From an uncultured Kiritimatiellota bacterium (GTDB lineage: Bacteria > Verrucomicrobiota > Kiritimatiellia > RFP12 > UBA1067): a stretch of 64,000 bases of DNA. Where the stretch lies: positions 4,503 to 68,502 of the forward strand of contig CAKURH010000003.1 in assembly GCA_934675625.1 (NCBI GenBank), given 5' to 3'. Position 1 is the first letter of the stretch. Each line of letters opens with the position of its first letter. The notes under the pieces are model-generated. The model searched no databases. It saw only the letters and a list, made by a program, of their open reading frames with translations, and was not told the origin of the DNA. The translations under genes and the position numbers were made by a program. Below, piece after piece: positions 32,628 to 41,154 of this stretch.

Positions 32628-34925
32628 TTAACGAATAATCAGGCAGAAGCCAATACCCAAAGTCACCGAACCAAGACCTTCCACCCAGTCGCAGTCCAAG
32701 GCCGTCCACGTGCCGCGCCGGAAGGTCTCCCCCGACACGGTCGCACTGCGGAAAAAGGCCGCTACCCCCGGTGCCACAGACAGTCTCGCTCCTCGTGAAA
32801 GTCTTGCACGCGTTCCGCTCGTGACCTTGTCGTTGCGGTCGATGCCGAAATCCACGGCATCGAGCGACAGGATGGAATCTGTCGGCAACGACAGCACACC
32901 ATCCGTCTCAATCCCGAACCGATCATCTGACGCATAGGCGACCTCAAGGCCATCGATCAAAACAGATGTCGTGCGGCCACCGGTGGCCGACGTGAACGCA
33001 AGGTAGGCCTTTTCGCTACCGCAGATTTCCGTAAGATCCACCCCCGTCCACATGCGGGTAAACACGACAGGCTCAACCTTGTCGTCCTGCTCCTGCTTGA
33101 GCGTAAGCGTCACAGTCTTTGCGACCGTATCGCTTTCAAGCGCAAAGTCAAAGATGCGCGTCAGCAGGATGTCCTTGCCGTTCGCATCCTTCTCCCCCGC
33201 ATACGTGTTGAAGTAGATCATCGGGTCTGTGATGTAGCGGTTGTCCGGGCTCTTCCTGTCAAAGGCGTCCTCCCACCTGCCGTTTCGCCCGAAGCGGTAC
33301 TGCCCCATGTGATCTGCCATGCTGTAGTTGACGAAGCCGACAGCCAAGCTGTTCGTGATCGAGGCGGACGCATTTGTCGCCGAATAGTAGCCCAAGTCAC
33401 TGCTCACATTCCATTCGCCGCAAGCCGAGAAGCCGCGCGGATCGTTATGGAGGACGAGCGCAAAGCCCCATGCGCCCGAACCGGTCATCGCTGCCCGTCC
33501 GGAAACTTTCATCCGCCCGGCAATCGCAAGGGGACGCTTTCGCGCCGTCAGGGACACGCTGTTTCCAGCCGCACTCCCAACCCGTAAACCAAGCGTGCCA
33601 TTCGCATTCTGCTGATAGGGAGATTCTGATGCGGTAGCGACAGAATCGCCATTGGCATTGAACCTATCATAATGCCAAAGTCCGTTCGCGGCATCTGATG
33701 GCACCGAAACGGTATCCGGTAGGCTTGAAAACGCGATGTTACCGTCTGACACGCAGGTGCCGAAGTTCAATGCCTGATCGTGGGAATCGAGATTCACGAG
33801 AGACACGTCCGTCTGTGTCGCAGCGAAACGGACGGATTTCGCCAGACGATTGGTCGCAAACGTGGAATTCGACGAAACAAAAATCTCTGGTGATGCCGTC
33901 GTAACGACAAGCGACTTCAAGAATGTGTCATCCTGTCCGTCTTCGATTTTGAGATTTGAAACCGTGCCAACCGTCGTACGTCCGCCCGAATCCGTCGTAA
34001 ACGCAAGGTACGCCGTGTTGCCTTCGCAGATCTCCGTCAGGTCCGTGTCCGTCAGCGTACGCGTAAAGACGACATCCGCGCCGTCCTGTTCCTGTGTGAG
34101 CGTCAGCGTCACCGTCTTCGCGGACGTGTCGCTCACAAGCGCGAAATCAAACACCCGCGTAGAGGCGACCTCGGGCGTCACCGTCGTGTCAGCCGTGTTG
34201 AAGTAGATCATCGGATCCGTCGTCGCCGTCTCCGTCCAACTGCCGTTTCGTCCAATCCTGTAGCGGCCAAAATAGCCCTGCTGGTGGAAATTGACGAAGC
34301 CAACGGCAAAGCTCTTCAGGATTGGATCGGTCGTCTGGGCATAGCAAAGTCCCTCGTTGCCGGCTTGCGCCCCCTTCGCCTCGTAGCCACGCGGATCGTT
34401 GTGAAGGACAATCGCAAGACCCCAAGCACCGGCGCCGGACAGCGTTACGCGCCCGGAGATCGACATCTTGCCATCGAGCCGCACCGGCACCTTGCGAGAC
34501 GTGACCGTCGAGCTCCAACTGGCATTGGTGCCGACGGCAAGCGCCCCTCCGCCAAGATCAAAAGGATCGCCCGTCTCGGTTCTGATTGACTGGGTCTCGT
34601 TCCCGACCTTAATTGCAGTCTCGGCCCGATAATACCAGTCTTCAGGCACCTCCCTCGCACACATAAGCTCCAGAGAACCGGCCTCGTAGACAAGGTCAAG
34701 GTCTCTCGCCGCAGTCCTCGTCAGCGCAAGCCGCCCCTCGCCACGCTTGTGGACGGTCTCGCCCGCAAGTGAAGCAAAGTCCGAGGCCGTCGGCCTTGCA
34801 CACGCTTCGGCAGGGACATTCACGACCCACGTGCCGTCCTCCTTCTCCACGATTTGCGCAAACAGAAGCAGACACGGAAAAAGAGCCGTGACCAGGCTGA
34901 CGACCGCCTTTTTACTGTTGAACAT
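32628..34925 (-). CDS. Secreted protein with two tandem concanavalin/L-type-lectin-like domains
   Basis: ATG at 34925 follows AAGAGG, with signal peptide MFNSKKAVVSLVTALFPCLLLFAQ. There is an internal duplication (about 33942..34559 and 32937..33599) sharing G(A/S)GAWG(L/F)A(I/L)VLHNDPRG, AVGFVN, DPMIYFNT, AKTVTLTL and AYLAFT. The protein ends ...GFCLIIR. Confidence 0.8.
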   Translation of the reverse strand: MFNSKKAVVSLVTALFPCLLLFAQIVEKEDGTWVVNVPAEACARPTASDFASLAGETVHKRGEGRLALTRTAARDLDLVYEAGSLELMCAREVPEDWYYRAETAIKVGNETQSIRTETGDPFDLGGGALAVGTNASWSSTVTSRKVPVRLDGKMSISGRVTLSGAGAWGLAIVLHNDPRGYEAKGAQAGNEGLCYAQTTDPILKSFAVGFVNFHQQGYFGRYRIGRNGSWTETATTDPMIYFNTADTTVTPEVASTRVFDFALVSDTSAKTVTLTLTQEQDGADVVFTRTLTDTDLTEICEGNTAYLAFTTDSGGRTTVGTVSNLKIEDGQDDTFLKSLVVTTASPEIFVSSNSTFATNRLAKSVRFAATQTDVSLVNLDSHDQALNFGTCVSDGNIAFSSLPDTVSVPSDAANGLWHYDRFNANGDSVATASESPYQQNANGTLGLRVGSAAGNSVSLTARKRPLAIAGRMKVSGRAAMTGSGAWGFALVLHNDPRGFSACGEWNVSSDLGYYSATNASASITNSLAVGFVNYSMADHMGQYRFGRNGRWEDAFDRKSPDNRYITDPMIYFNTYAGEKDANGKDILLTRIFDFALESDTVAKTVTLTLKQEQDDKVEPVVFTRMWTGVDLTEICGSEKAYLAFTSATGGRTTSVLIDGLEVAYASDDRFGIETDGVLSLPTDSILSLDAVDFGIDRNDKVTSGTRARLSRGARLSVAPGVAAFFRSATVSGETFRRGTWTALDCDWVEGLGSVTLGIGFCLIIR

Positions 34926-34981
34926 ACACACCTCTTATGGTTTGAACAATTATTGGACAGTGCCTCTTCAAAGGCATTTGA

Positions 34982-34990
34982 ATTATACCA
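34982..34990 (-). promoter_or_regulatory. Extended -10 promoter TGGTATAAT upstream of the lectin/CAZyme block
   Basis: The minus strand reads TGGTATAAT ~57 nt upstream of ATG 34925. Confidence 0.6.
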
Positions 34991-35058
34991 AATTCGGTCA
35001 CGCAACAGAGAACAATCTATCCGCTAAAAGGCGAACAAATCGTCCGATACGCCGAATC

Positions 35059-36252
35059 CTATCGACACGCCGAACGCGACTTTTCGCGCCACTGCGTGAG
35101 CGTGTGTCCCGTTGCCGCCTTGAACACGCGGCGCAAGTCGACCAGAGACGAAAAGCCGCAGTAGTCGGGCAGGGACGCCAGGTCATGGCCACCGCCCCGA
35201 ATCAGTTCCTTCACCCGCGCAATGCGCTGACTGCGAATCTCATCCAGAATCGTATGGCCCAGGCACGCGCGAAAACGCTGATAGCCGTAAGAACGCCGAC
35301 AGCCCATGACCGCGATGACATCCTCCGACGTGATGCGGTCGGTCGCGTGTCGGCGGATGAACTCCAGCGCCCGCATGACGCGCCCGTCACAGACGGGCAG
35401 CCGCTGCGTCGACGCACGGCGCACGACCTGCGCAACGCCAAAAGTCACAGCCTGTCCCCGGACGTCCTCGCCCGACAACAGCCGATCTAGCGTCTGCGCG
35501 GACAGGTAGCCGCACGACTCGAAGTCCTGTTCGACGCTCGTCAGCGTCGGGTCGACGCTTTCGCAGATGTCGCGCCGGTTGTCCACACCCACGAGCGCGA
35601 TCTCCTCCGGGATGCCGATGCCCTCCGCCAGGCAGATGCTGCGGACGCACTCGGACACCACGTCGTTCGCGGCGAACACGCCGCAGGGTTTCGGCAGAGC
35701 CGTCAGCCATGTCCGCAAGGCGCGCATCTGCCGTGCCGCCGTCGTCGCCGGGACGGAAAACCGGCTGAACGTCGCGCCGTGGGCTCGCGCCCGCCGCGCA
35801 AACACGTCGCCGCGCCCCATGCTCCACGCGCGGCGCGGGTCGGCGACGAACGGCACATAGGCGAAATGGCCAAGACCCTGCCGGACAAGCTCGTCGAACG
35901 CCGCGCCCGCCACGGCTTCCGCATCGCTCGACACGTACGCGCTTGGCGCCTGGCCTGCGCCAACCGCGTCCGGCGAGCTGTCGCAGAACACGACCGGGAC
36001 CCCGTTCAGCCCGGGAACTTCGGACAGCGTCTCGGCCGAAAGCCCCGCATCCGCCAGAAGCCCGACCGGACGCCACAGGTCAACGAGCCCGTCCAGGATG
36101 TCCCGGTAGTCGATGCGGAGCAGCGTCCAGCCCGCCATGTCGGCATAGCGCCGAATGCCCTTCACAAGGCGCACAGACGACTCGTCCACCGCAATTCTCA
36201 AGACCAGCACGCACGGACGCGCGGCAGCCACGACAGAGGGGCGTTTGACCAT
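35059..36252 (-). CDS. XylR-like regulator: PBP-type sugar-binding domain fused to C-terminal AraC-family HTH
   Basis: The N-terminal domain resembles the LacI/PBP fold (CGVFAANDVV, ALVGVDN). The C-terminus RALEFIRRHA...ITSEDVIAVMGCRRSYGYQRF...GFSSLVDLRRVFK is AraC-type. SD GGAAGGAG. Confidence 0.85.
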   Translation of the reverse strand: MVKRPSVVAAARPCVLVLRIAVDESSVRLVKGIRRYADMAGWTLLRIDYRDILDGLVDLWRPVGLLADAGLSAETLSEVPGLNGVPVVFCDSSPDAVGAGQAPSAYVSSDAEAVAGAAFDELVRQGLGHFAYVPFVADPRRAWSMGRGDVFARRARAHGATFSRFSVPATTAARQMRALRTWLTALPKPCGVFAANDVVSECVRSICLAEGIGIPEEIALVGVDNRRDICESVDPTLTSVEQDFESCGYLSAQTLDRLLSGEDVRGQAVTFGVAQVVRRASTQRLPVCDGRVMRALEFIRRHATDRITSEDVIAVMGCRRSYGYQRFRACLGHTILDEIRSQRIARVKELIRGGGHDLASLPDYCGFSSLVDLRRVFKAATGHTLTQWREKSRSACR

Positions 36253-36276
36253 ATGCCGACTCCTTCCGCAGCCTCT

Positions 36277-37614
36277 TCAGACCGGGACGCCAATCAGAAT
36301 CTGCGGATGCGCTTCGGTGATGCGGATGCGGACGAGCGAGCCGATGGCCGGCGTCTGCCGCGCACAGGCCGGATCTCCGGCCGGCTCCCAGACGACGATG
36401 CGGTTGCCCGAATCGCGTCCCGACAGGCGCGCCCGGTTGCGCTTCGACGGCCCTTCGACCATGACCTCGCGCACCGTGCCGACAAGCGCGTCGTTGCGCC
36501 GCTGGCCGCGCACCTCCTGGTCGGCGAGGAGCACCTGGTCGCGGCGCTCCTTCTCCGCCGTCGGCACGTCGTCCGGCAGCGCCGCGCTGCGTGTCCCCGG
36601 TCGCGGCGAGTACTTGAAGACGAAGGCGTTGTCGAAGCCGGCCTCATCCATCAGCGACCGCGTCGCCTCGAAGTCCGCCGCCGTCTCGCCCGGATAGCCG
36701 ACAATCACGTCCGTCGTCACCGCAAATTCGGGGTCGAACGCGCGGAGCTTGCGCACCGCGTCGAGATATTCCGCACGCGTGTAGTGCCGTCCCATCTCCT
36801 TCAGGATGCGGTCGGAGCCAGACTGCACCGGCAGGTGCAGATGGCGACAGACCTTCGGGCAGTCCCGGTAGGCGGCCAGCAGCTCGTCTGTGCACCCCTT
36901 CGGATGCGCCGAGGTGAAGCGGATGCGTTCCAGTCCGTCGATTTCCTGCAACGCGCGCAGGAGGCGCGGAAACGCCTCGCCTTCGTCCGTCTCCCACGCC
37001 TTGTTGCGGATGCCGTAGCGGAGGACGCTCTGCCCGAGGAGGCAGACCTCCTTCACGCCACGCGCGGCGAGGCTCTTCACCTCGGCGATGACTTCCTTCG
37101 CGGGCCGCGAATACTCATGGCCGCGCACATCCGGCACGATACAGTAACTGCAGCGGTTGTCGCAGCCCAGCAGCACCGTCACGTAACTCTGCACGGCGGC
37201 GAACGTCCCGGCGCGGCGCGTGTCGGGATGGGCGTCCAGCCCCTGCGGCACCTCGTCGTCGCCCAGCTCCAGCGTCGGATAGCGCGCGTCCGCCACGATC
37301 TTCGGAATGAGGCCGAAGCGACGCGGCCCGACGGCGAAGTGCAGTTTCGGCAGACGTTTGAAGACGTCCGCCCCCATCCGCTTGACGGCACAGCCCATCA
37401 TCCCGACAATCTTGCCCGCCGCGAGCAGGTTCCCGGCCTTGCCGACGGCCTTCTCCTCGGCCTTCTGGCGGACGGTGCAGCTGTTGATGAGAACGAGGTC
37501 GGCCGCGTCTTCCGTCGCGACCTCCTCATGGCCCGCCGCGACGAGCAGCGCCGCGACCGCCTCCGAGTCGCGCACGTTCATCTGACAGCCGTAGGTATGG
37601 ATGAGGAACTTCAT
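36277..37614 (-). CDS. miaB: tRNA-2-methylthio-N6-dimethylallyladenosine synthase (radical SAM methylthiotransferase)
   Basis: MKFLIHTYGCQMNVRDSE, the radical SAM motif CDNRCSYCIVP and a TRAM-like C-terminus. ATGA overlap with the ABC-F stop. Confidence 0.9.
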   Translation of the reverse strand: MKFLIHTYGCQMNVRDSEAVAALLVAAGHEEVATEDAADLVLINSCTVRQKAEEKAVGKAGNLLAAGKIVGMMGCAVKRMGADVFKRLPKLHFAVGPRRFGLIPKIVADARYPTLELGDDEVPQGLDAHPDTRRAGTFAAVQSYVTVLLGCDNRCSYCIVPDVRGHEYSRPAKEVIAEVKSLAARGVKEVCLLGQSVLRYGIRNKAWETDEGEAFPRLLRALQEIDGLERIRFTSAHPKGCTDELLAAYRDCPKVCRHLHLPVQSGSDRILKEMGRHYTRAEYLDAVRKLRAFDPEFAVTTDVIVGYPGETAADFEATRSLMDEAGFDNAFVFKYSPRPGTRSAALPDDVPTAEKERRDQVLLADQEVRGQRRNDALVGTVREVMVEGPSKRNRARLSGRDSGNRIVVWEPAGDPACARQTPAIGSLVRIRITEAHPQILIGVPV

Positions 37615-39599
37615 AAGCCTTGCGCATGCGAGCCCGACTCAAGGGATTCAAGCTCCGTCGCCGCCTCTTCCCAGTCGGCCGTGTAGCGGTCAATCTCGAA
37701 CTGGAGCGTCCGCACCTTCCGGTTCGCCTCGGCGAAGTCGGTCGTCGGCTTCGGGTTGAAGAGTTCGGCGGACGCCTCGTCGAGCGCCTTCTGCAGCTCG
37801 TCGATCTTCTGCTCCGCCGTCTCGACGCGCTTCTTCAGCTCGCGCAGCTTCGGCGCGACCTTCGCCCGCTCCGCCGCGCGCTGCTTCCGCAAGTCCTTTT
37901 GGGACAGCCGGACGGGTGCCGAGGCCTCCGTCCCTCCCGTCTCTCTCGCCTCACGCGTCTCGCGCGCCCGGCTCTCGCCCGACGCCGCCCGCTCACGCTC
38001 CGCCTTCTTCTCACAGTAGTAGTCGTAGCCGCCCGGATACTGGCGGATGCCCTCGCGCGTGATCTCCAGGATGCTCGTCGCGACGGCCCGCACGAAGTCG
38101 ATGTCGTGCGAGACGAGGAGAATCGTCCCCGCGTACTTCTGGAGCGCGTCCTGCAGGAGGCGGCGTCCGTCGAGGTCGAGGTGCGTCGTCGGCTCGTCGA
38201 GCAGCAGGAAGTTCGGCGCCGTCAGGAACAGCCGCAGAAACGCGAGGCGAATCTTCTCGCCGCCCGAAAGGACGCCCGCCGGCTTCTCGACGTCGTTCTC
38301 GTCGAAGCCGAACGCGCCGAGCTGGTTGCGAAAGACTTTCTCCGGCCCGCCGCCGTGTGCGTCCCAGGCGTTCTTTGCGTTGCGGTAGACGGTGAGGTCG
38401 GGCGGAATCGTCTCGGCGAACTCCTGCGAGAGGTAACCGGGCACGACGTTGTGCCCGAGGACGGCCTTGCCCTCCGTCGGCGAGCGCGTCCCGGCGATAA
38501 TGCGCATCAGCGTCGTCTTGCCGAGGCCGTTGTAGCCGATCAGGGCGACCTTGTCGCCGCGCGTGATGTTGAATTCGAGCCCCGAAAAGACCTGCTTCAC
38601 GCCGTCGTAGCTGAAGCCGAGGTTTTCGCAGCGGAACATCTCGATGCCGCTCGGCGGCGGCTCCGCAAGCCGCAGACGCCCGGAGTTTGTGTAGCGCTTC
38701 GGCAGCACGATCCGCGCCTCGTCGATCTTGTCGATGAGCTTCTGCCGCGACTGGGCCTGCGCGGCCTTTGTCGCCTGTGCGCGGAATCGGTCCACGAACC
38801 GCTGCAGCTGCTCGCGGTGATGGTCCTGATTCTCCTTCGCGGCCTTCAGGTGCGCGTAGCGCACTTCGCGCTCGTTCAGGTACCAGTCGAGGTTCCCCTC
38901 GTAGCGCGTCGCCGTGCCCGCGTCGACCTCGACGATGATGTTCGTCAGCGTCCGCAGGAGATAGCGGTCGTGCGAAATGAGCATGAGCGTGCCGTCGTAC
39001 GCCTTCAGGAACTTCTGCAGCCAGTCGACGGCAGGGAGGTCGAGGTAATTCGACGGCTCGTCCAAGAGCAGCAGGTCGGGCTTCGACGCGAGGACGCGCG
39101 AGAGTTCCGCGCGCATGCGCCATCCGCCGGAGAACGACTTGAACGGCTTCGTGAACTCCTCCGTCGTGAAGCCGAGGCCGCCGAGGGCGATCTTGACGCG
39201 CGTCTCGATGTCGTAGCCGCCAAGATGCTCGAACTTCGTCTGAAGTTCGCCGTACCGCTTCATCTTCGCGGGATCCGCGAGGTCGGCCTCCAGCGACGCC
39301 ATCTCGGCCTCCATTTCGGAGAGGCCGGGGATGCCCCTGAGCGCGTAGTCCAGCAGCGTCTCCTCCGGCGTGTCCGGCGCGGGGTTCTGCCGCGTGAAGC
39401 CGATGCGCGGATTCGACTCGATGACAAGCTCGCCCGTGTCCGTCGACATCTCGCCGAGGATGATCTTGAAGAGCGTCGACTTGCCCGAGCCGTTCGGGCC
39501 GACGACACCGATGCGGTCGCCCTTGTTGACGCGGAACGTGACATCCGTGAGGACGTCCTGATGTCCGTAATGGACGGAAATCCCCTTAAAGTCCAGCAT
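37611..39599 (-). CDS. ABC-F family ATPase (two ABC domains, no TM domain; translation-factor type)
   Basis: Two Walker A motifs (GPNGSGKST, GYNGLGKTT), two signature motifs (FSGGWRMR, LSGGEKIR) and a charged C-terminal coiled coil. Confidence 0.9.
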   Translation of the reverse strand: MLDFKGISVHYGHQDVLTDVTFRVNKGDRIGVVGPNGSGKSTLFKIILGEMSTDTGELVIESNPRIGFTRQNPAPDTPEETLLDYALRGIPGLSEMEAEMASLEADLADPAKMKRYGELQTKFEHLGGYDIETRVKIALGGLGFTTEEFTKPFKSFSGGWRMRAELSRVLASKPDLLLLDEPSNYLDLPAVDWLQKFLKAYDGTLMLISHDRYLLRTLTNIIVEVDAGTATRYEGNLDWYLNEREVRYAHLKAAKENQDHHREQLQRFVDRFRAQATKAAQAQSRQKLIDKIDEARIVLPKRYTNSGRLRLAEPPPSGIEMFRCENLGFSYDGVKQVFSGLEFNITRGDKVALIGYNGLGKTTLMRIIAGTRSPTEGKAVLGHNVVPGYLSQEFAETIPPDLTVYRNAKNAWDAHGGGPEKVFRNQLGAFGFDENDVEKPAGVLSGGEKIRLAFLRLFLTAPNFLLLDEPTTHLDLDGRRLLQDALQKYAGTILLVSHDIDFVRAVATSILEITREGIRQYPGGYDYYCEKKAERERAASGESRARETREARETGGTEASAPVRLSQKDLRKQRAAERAKVAPKLRELKKRVETAEQKIDELQKALDEASAELFNPKPTTDFAEANRKVRTLQFEIDRYTADWEEAATELESLESGSHAQGL

Positions 39600-39607
39600 A
39601 GCCGATG

Positions 39608-39628
39608 GCGCGGCCGTGCACGCCGCGC
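39608..39628 (-). other. GC-rich inverted repeat GCGCGGC-N7-GCCGCGC between fucosidase stop and ABC-F start
   Basis: Read directly from the sequence. No U-tract. It could be a terminator or attenuator, or a processing site. Confidence 0.3.
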
Positions 39629-39644
39629 ATGGAACAGGAGCCCC

Positions 39645-41078
39645 TCACTTCTTCAGCCAGATCTCGATGACGGGAATCTCGACATTCGGCTTCTTCATCG
39701 GCAGGACGATGTTGTCGCGCCGGCCGAGGTCGCCGCCCTGCGAATGCTGGATCGACGCGCCCTTGCGGATTCCGAGTTCCGAGGCGTCATGCAGGAACTG
39801 CGCGTACTCGACCCTGTCCGCGAAGTCGAACGGCAGCGCGCCCATCGGGTAGTTGACGAGGTGGATGTAGAGCCGGTTCGTCTCGGGGTTGTAGGTGAGC
39901 AACGAATCGACCGGCGTCTTGAATTCGGCCGGCGCGGCGGTGCACCCGTAGATCGCGCGGCTGTTGACGCGCATCCAGTCGCCGATCGCGTCGAGGCGGT
40001 CGCAGGCCCGATAGTCGAATTCGCCGCGCCCCGTCGGGCCGACGTTGAGGATGAGGTTGCCGCCGAACGCGACCGAGTTGACCAGAAGCTCGATGAGCTG
40101 GTGCGGGCTCTTCCACGTCTCCTCATCGCGGTAGTAGCCCCACGAGCCGGAGAACGTCTGACACGTCTCCCACGGCGCGTTCTTGCCGTCCACCTGCGGC
40201 CACTGGGTGACGCGGCACTGCTCCGGCGTCACGAAGTCCCAGCCGTCCTCGGTGTCCATCAGGTCGAGGCGGCTGTCGACGAGGATGCCGGGCTGAAGCT
40301 TCCGCGTGAGCTTCATCAGCTCGACCGACTCCCAGTGCTTCCAGTTCTTGCCGTATTTCGACTTGACCGTGTAGTCGTACCAGATGATGTCGATCTGCCC
40401 GTAGTTCGTCAGCAGCTCCCGCACCTGCGCGTACATGTAGTCGCGGTAGCGGTTCCAGTCGCGGCCCTTGTTAAGTTCTTCGTAGATCTCGTCGGTAAAC
40501 TTGCCGTCCGCCGGGCGGAGCGGGTGGGTCTGGTCGATCAGGTAGTCGGGGTGGTGCCAGTCCTTGATCGAGAAGTAAAGGCCGACCTTGAGCCCTTCCG
40601 CACGCGCCGCCTCGACGTATTCGCGCACGAGGTCGCGTCCGAACGGGGTCTTCGTGATCTTGTAGTCGGTCGTCTGCGTGTCCCAGAGGCAGAAGCCCTC
40701 GTGGTGCTTCGCGGTAAGCACCATGTACTTCATGCCGGCCTTCTTCGCGCGGCGCGCCCAGTCCTTCGCGTCGAAGAGGTCGGGGTTGAAGCGCGGCAGG
40801 TAGCGCTTCTCGTAGGCGTCGGGGGCGATGCGGCGGTTCGACTGCACCCACTCGTGGGCGGCGAGCTCGGAGTAGAGGCCGAAGTGGATGAACATGCCGA
40901 AGCGGTCATGCGTCCACCACGCGCGGCGGGCGTCGCGCTGCGCGGCCGTTTCGCCGAAGATGTTCCGAGGGGGCGTCGGACGGTCCTTGAGCGCGTCAAA
41001 GGCCGAGGCCGGGAGGATGGTCGCGGCCAGCGCCGCCGTCAGGATCGTGGTCTTCTTCATTGTCTGTGTCGCTTTCAT
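39645..41078 (-). CDS. Secreted GH29 alpha-L-fucosidase
   Basis: FGMFIHFGLYS, LTAKHHEGFCLWDT, IIWYDY and NVGPTGRG are GH29 hallmarks. Signal peptide MKATQTMKKTTILTAALAATILPASA. The start may instead be 41060. Confidence 0.88.
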   Translation of the reverse strand: MKATQTMKKTTILTAALAATILPASAFDALKDRPTPPRNIFGETAAQRDARRAWWTHDRFGMFIHFGLYSELAAHEWVQSNRRIAPDAYEKRYLPRFNPDLFDAKDWARRAKKAGMKYMVLTAKHHEGFCLWDTQTTDYKITKTPFGRDLVREYVEAARAEGLKVGLYFSIKDWHHPDYLIDQTHPLRPADGKFTDEIYEELNKGRDWNRYRDYMYAQVRELLTNYGQIDIIWYDYTVKSKYGKNWKHWESVELMKLTRKLQPGILVDSRLDLMDTEDGWDFVTPEQCRVTQWPQVDGKNAPWETCQTFSGSWGYYRDEETWKSPHQLIELLVNSVAFGGNLILNVGPTGRGEFDYRACDRLDAIGDWMRVNSRAIYGCTAAPAEFKTPVDSLLTYNPETNRLYIHLVNYPMGALPFDFADRVEYAQFLHDASELGIRKGASIQHSQGGDLGRRDNIVLPMKKPNVEIPVIEIWLKK

Positions 41079-41104
41079 GTTGATGTCGTGTCGTATGGTC
41101 GTGT

Positions 41105-41113
41105 AGTATAGCC
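41105..41113 (-). promoter_or_regulatory. Possible -10 element GGCTATACT upstream of the fucosidase gene
   Basis: The minus strand reads GGCTATACT 26 nt upstream of ATG 41078. The match is weaker than the other boxes. Confidence 0.35.
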
Positions 41114-41154
41114 TAAACCCAAGGCCCAAATCAAGTGCCGAACCGGGGCGCGCG

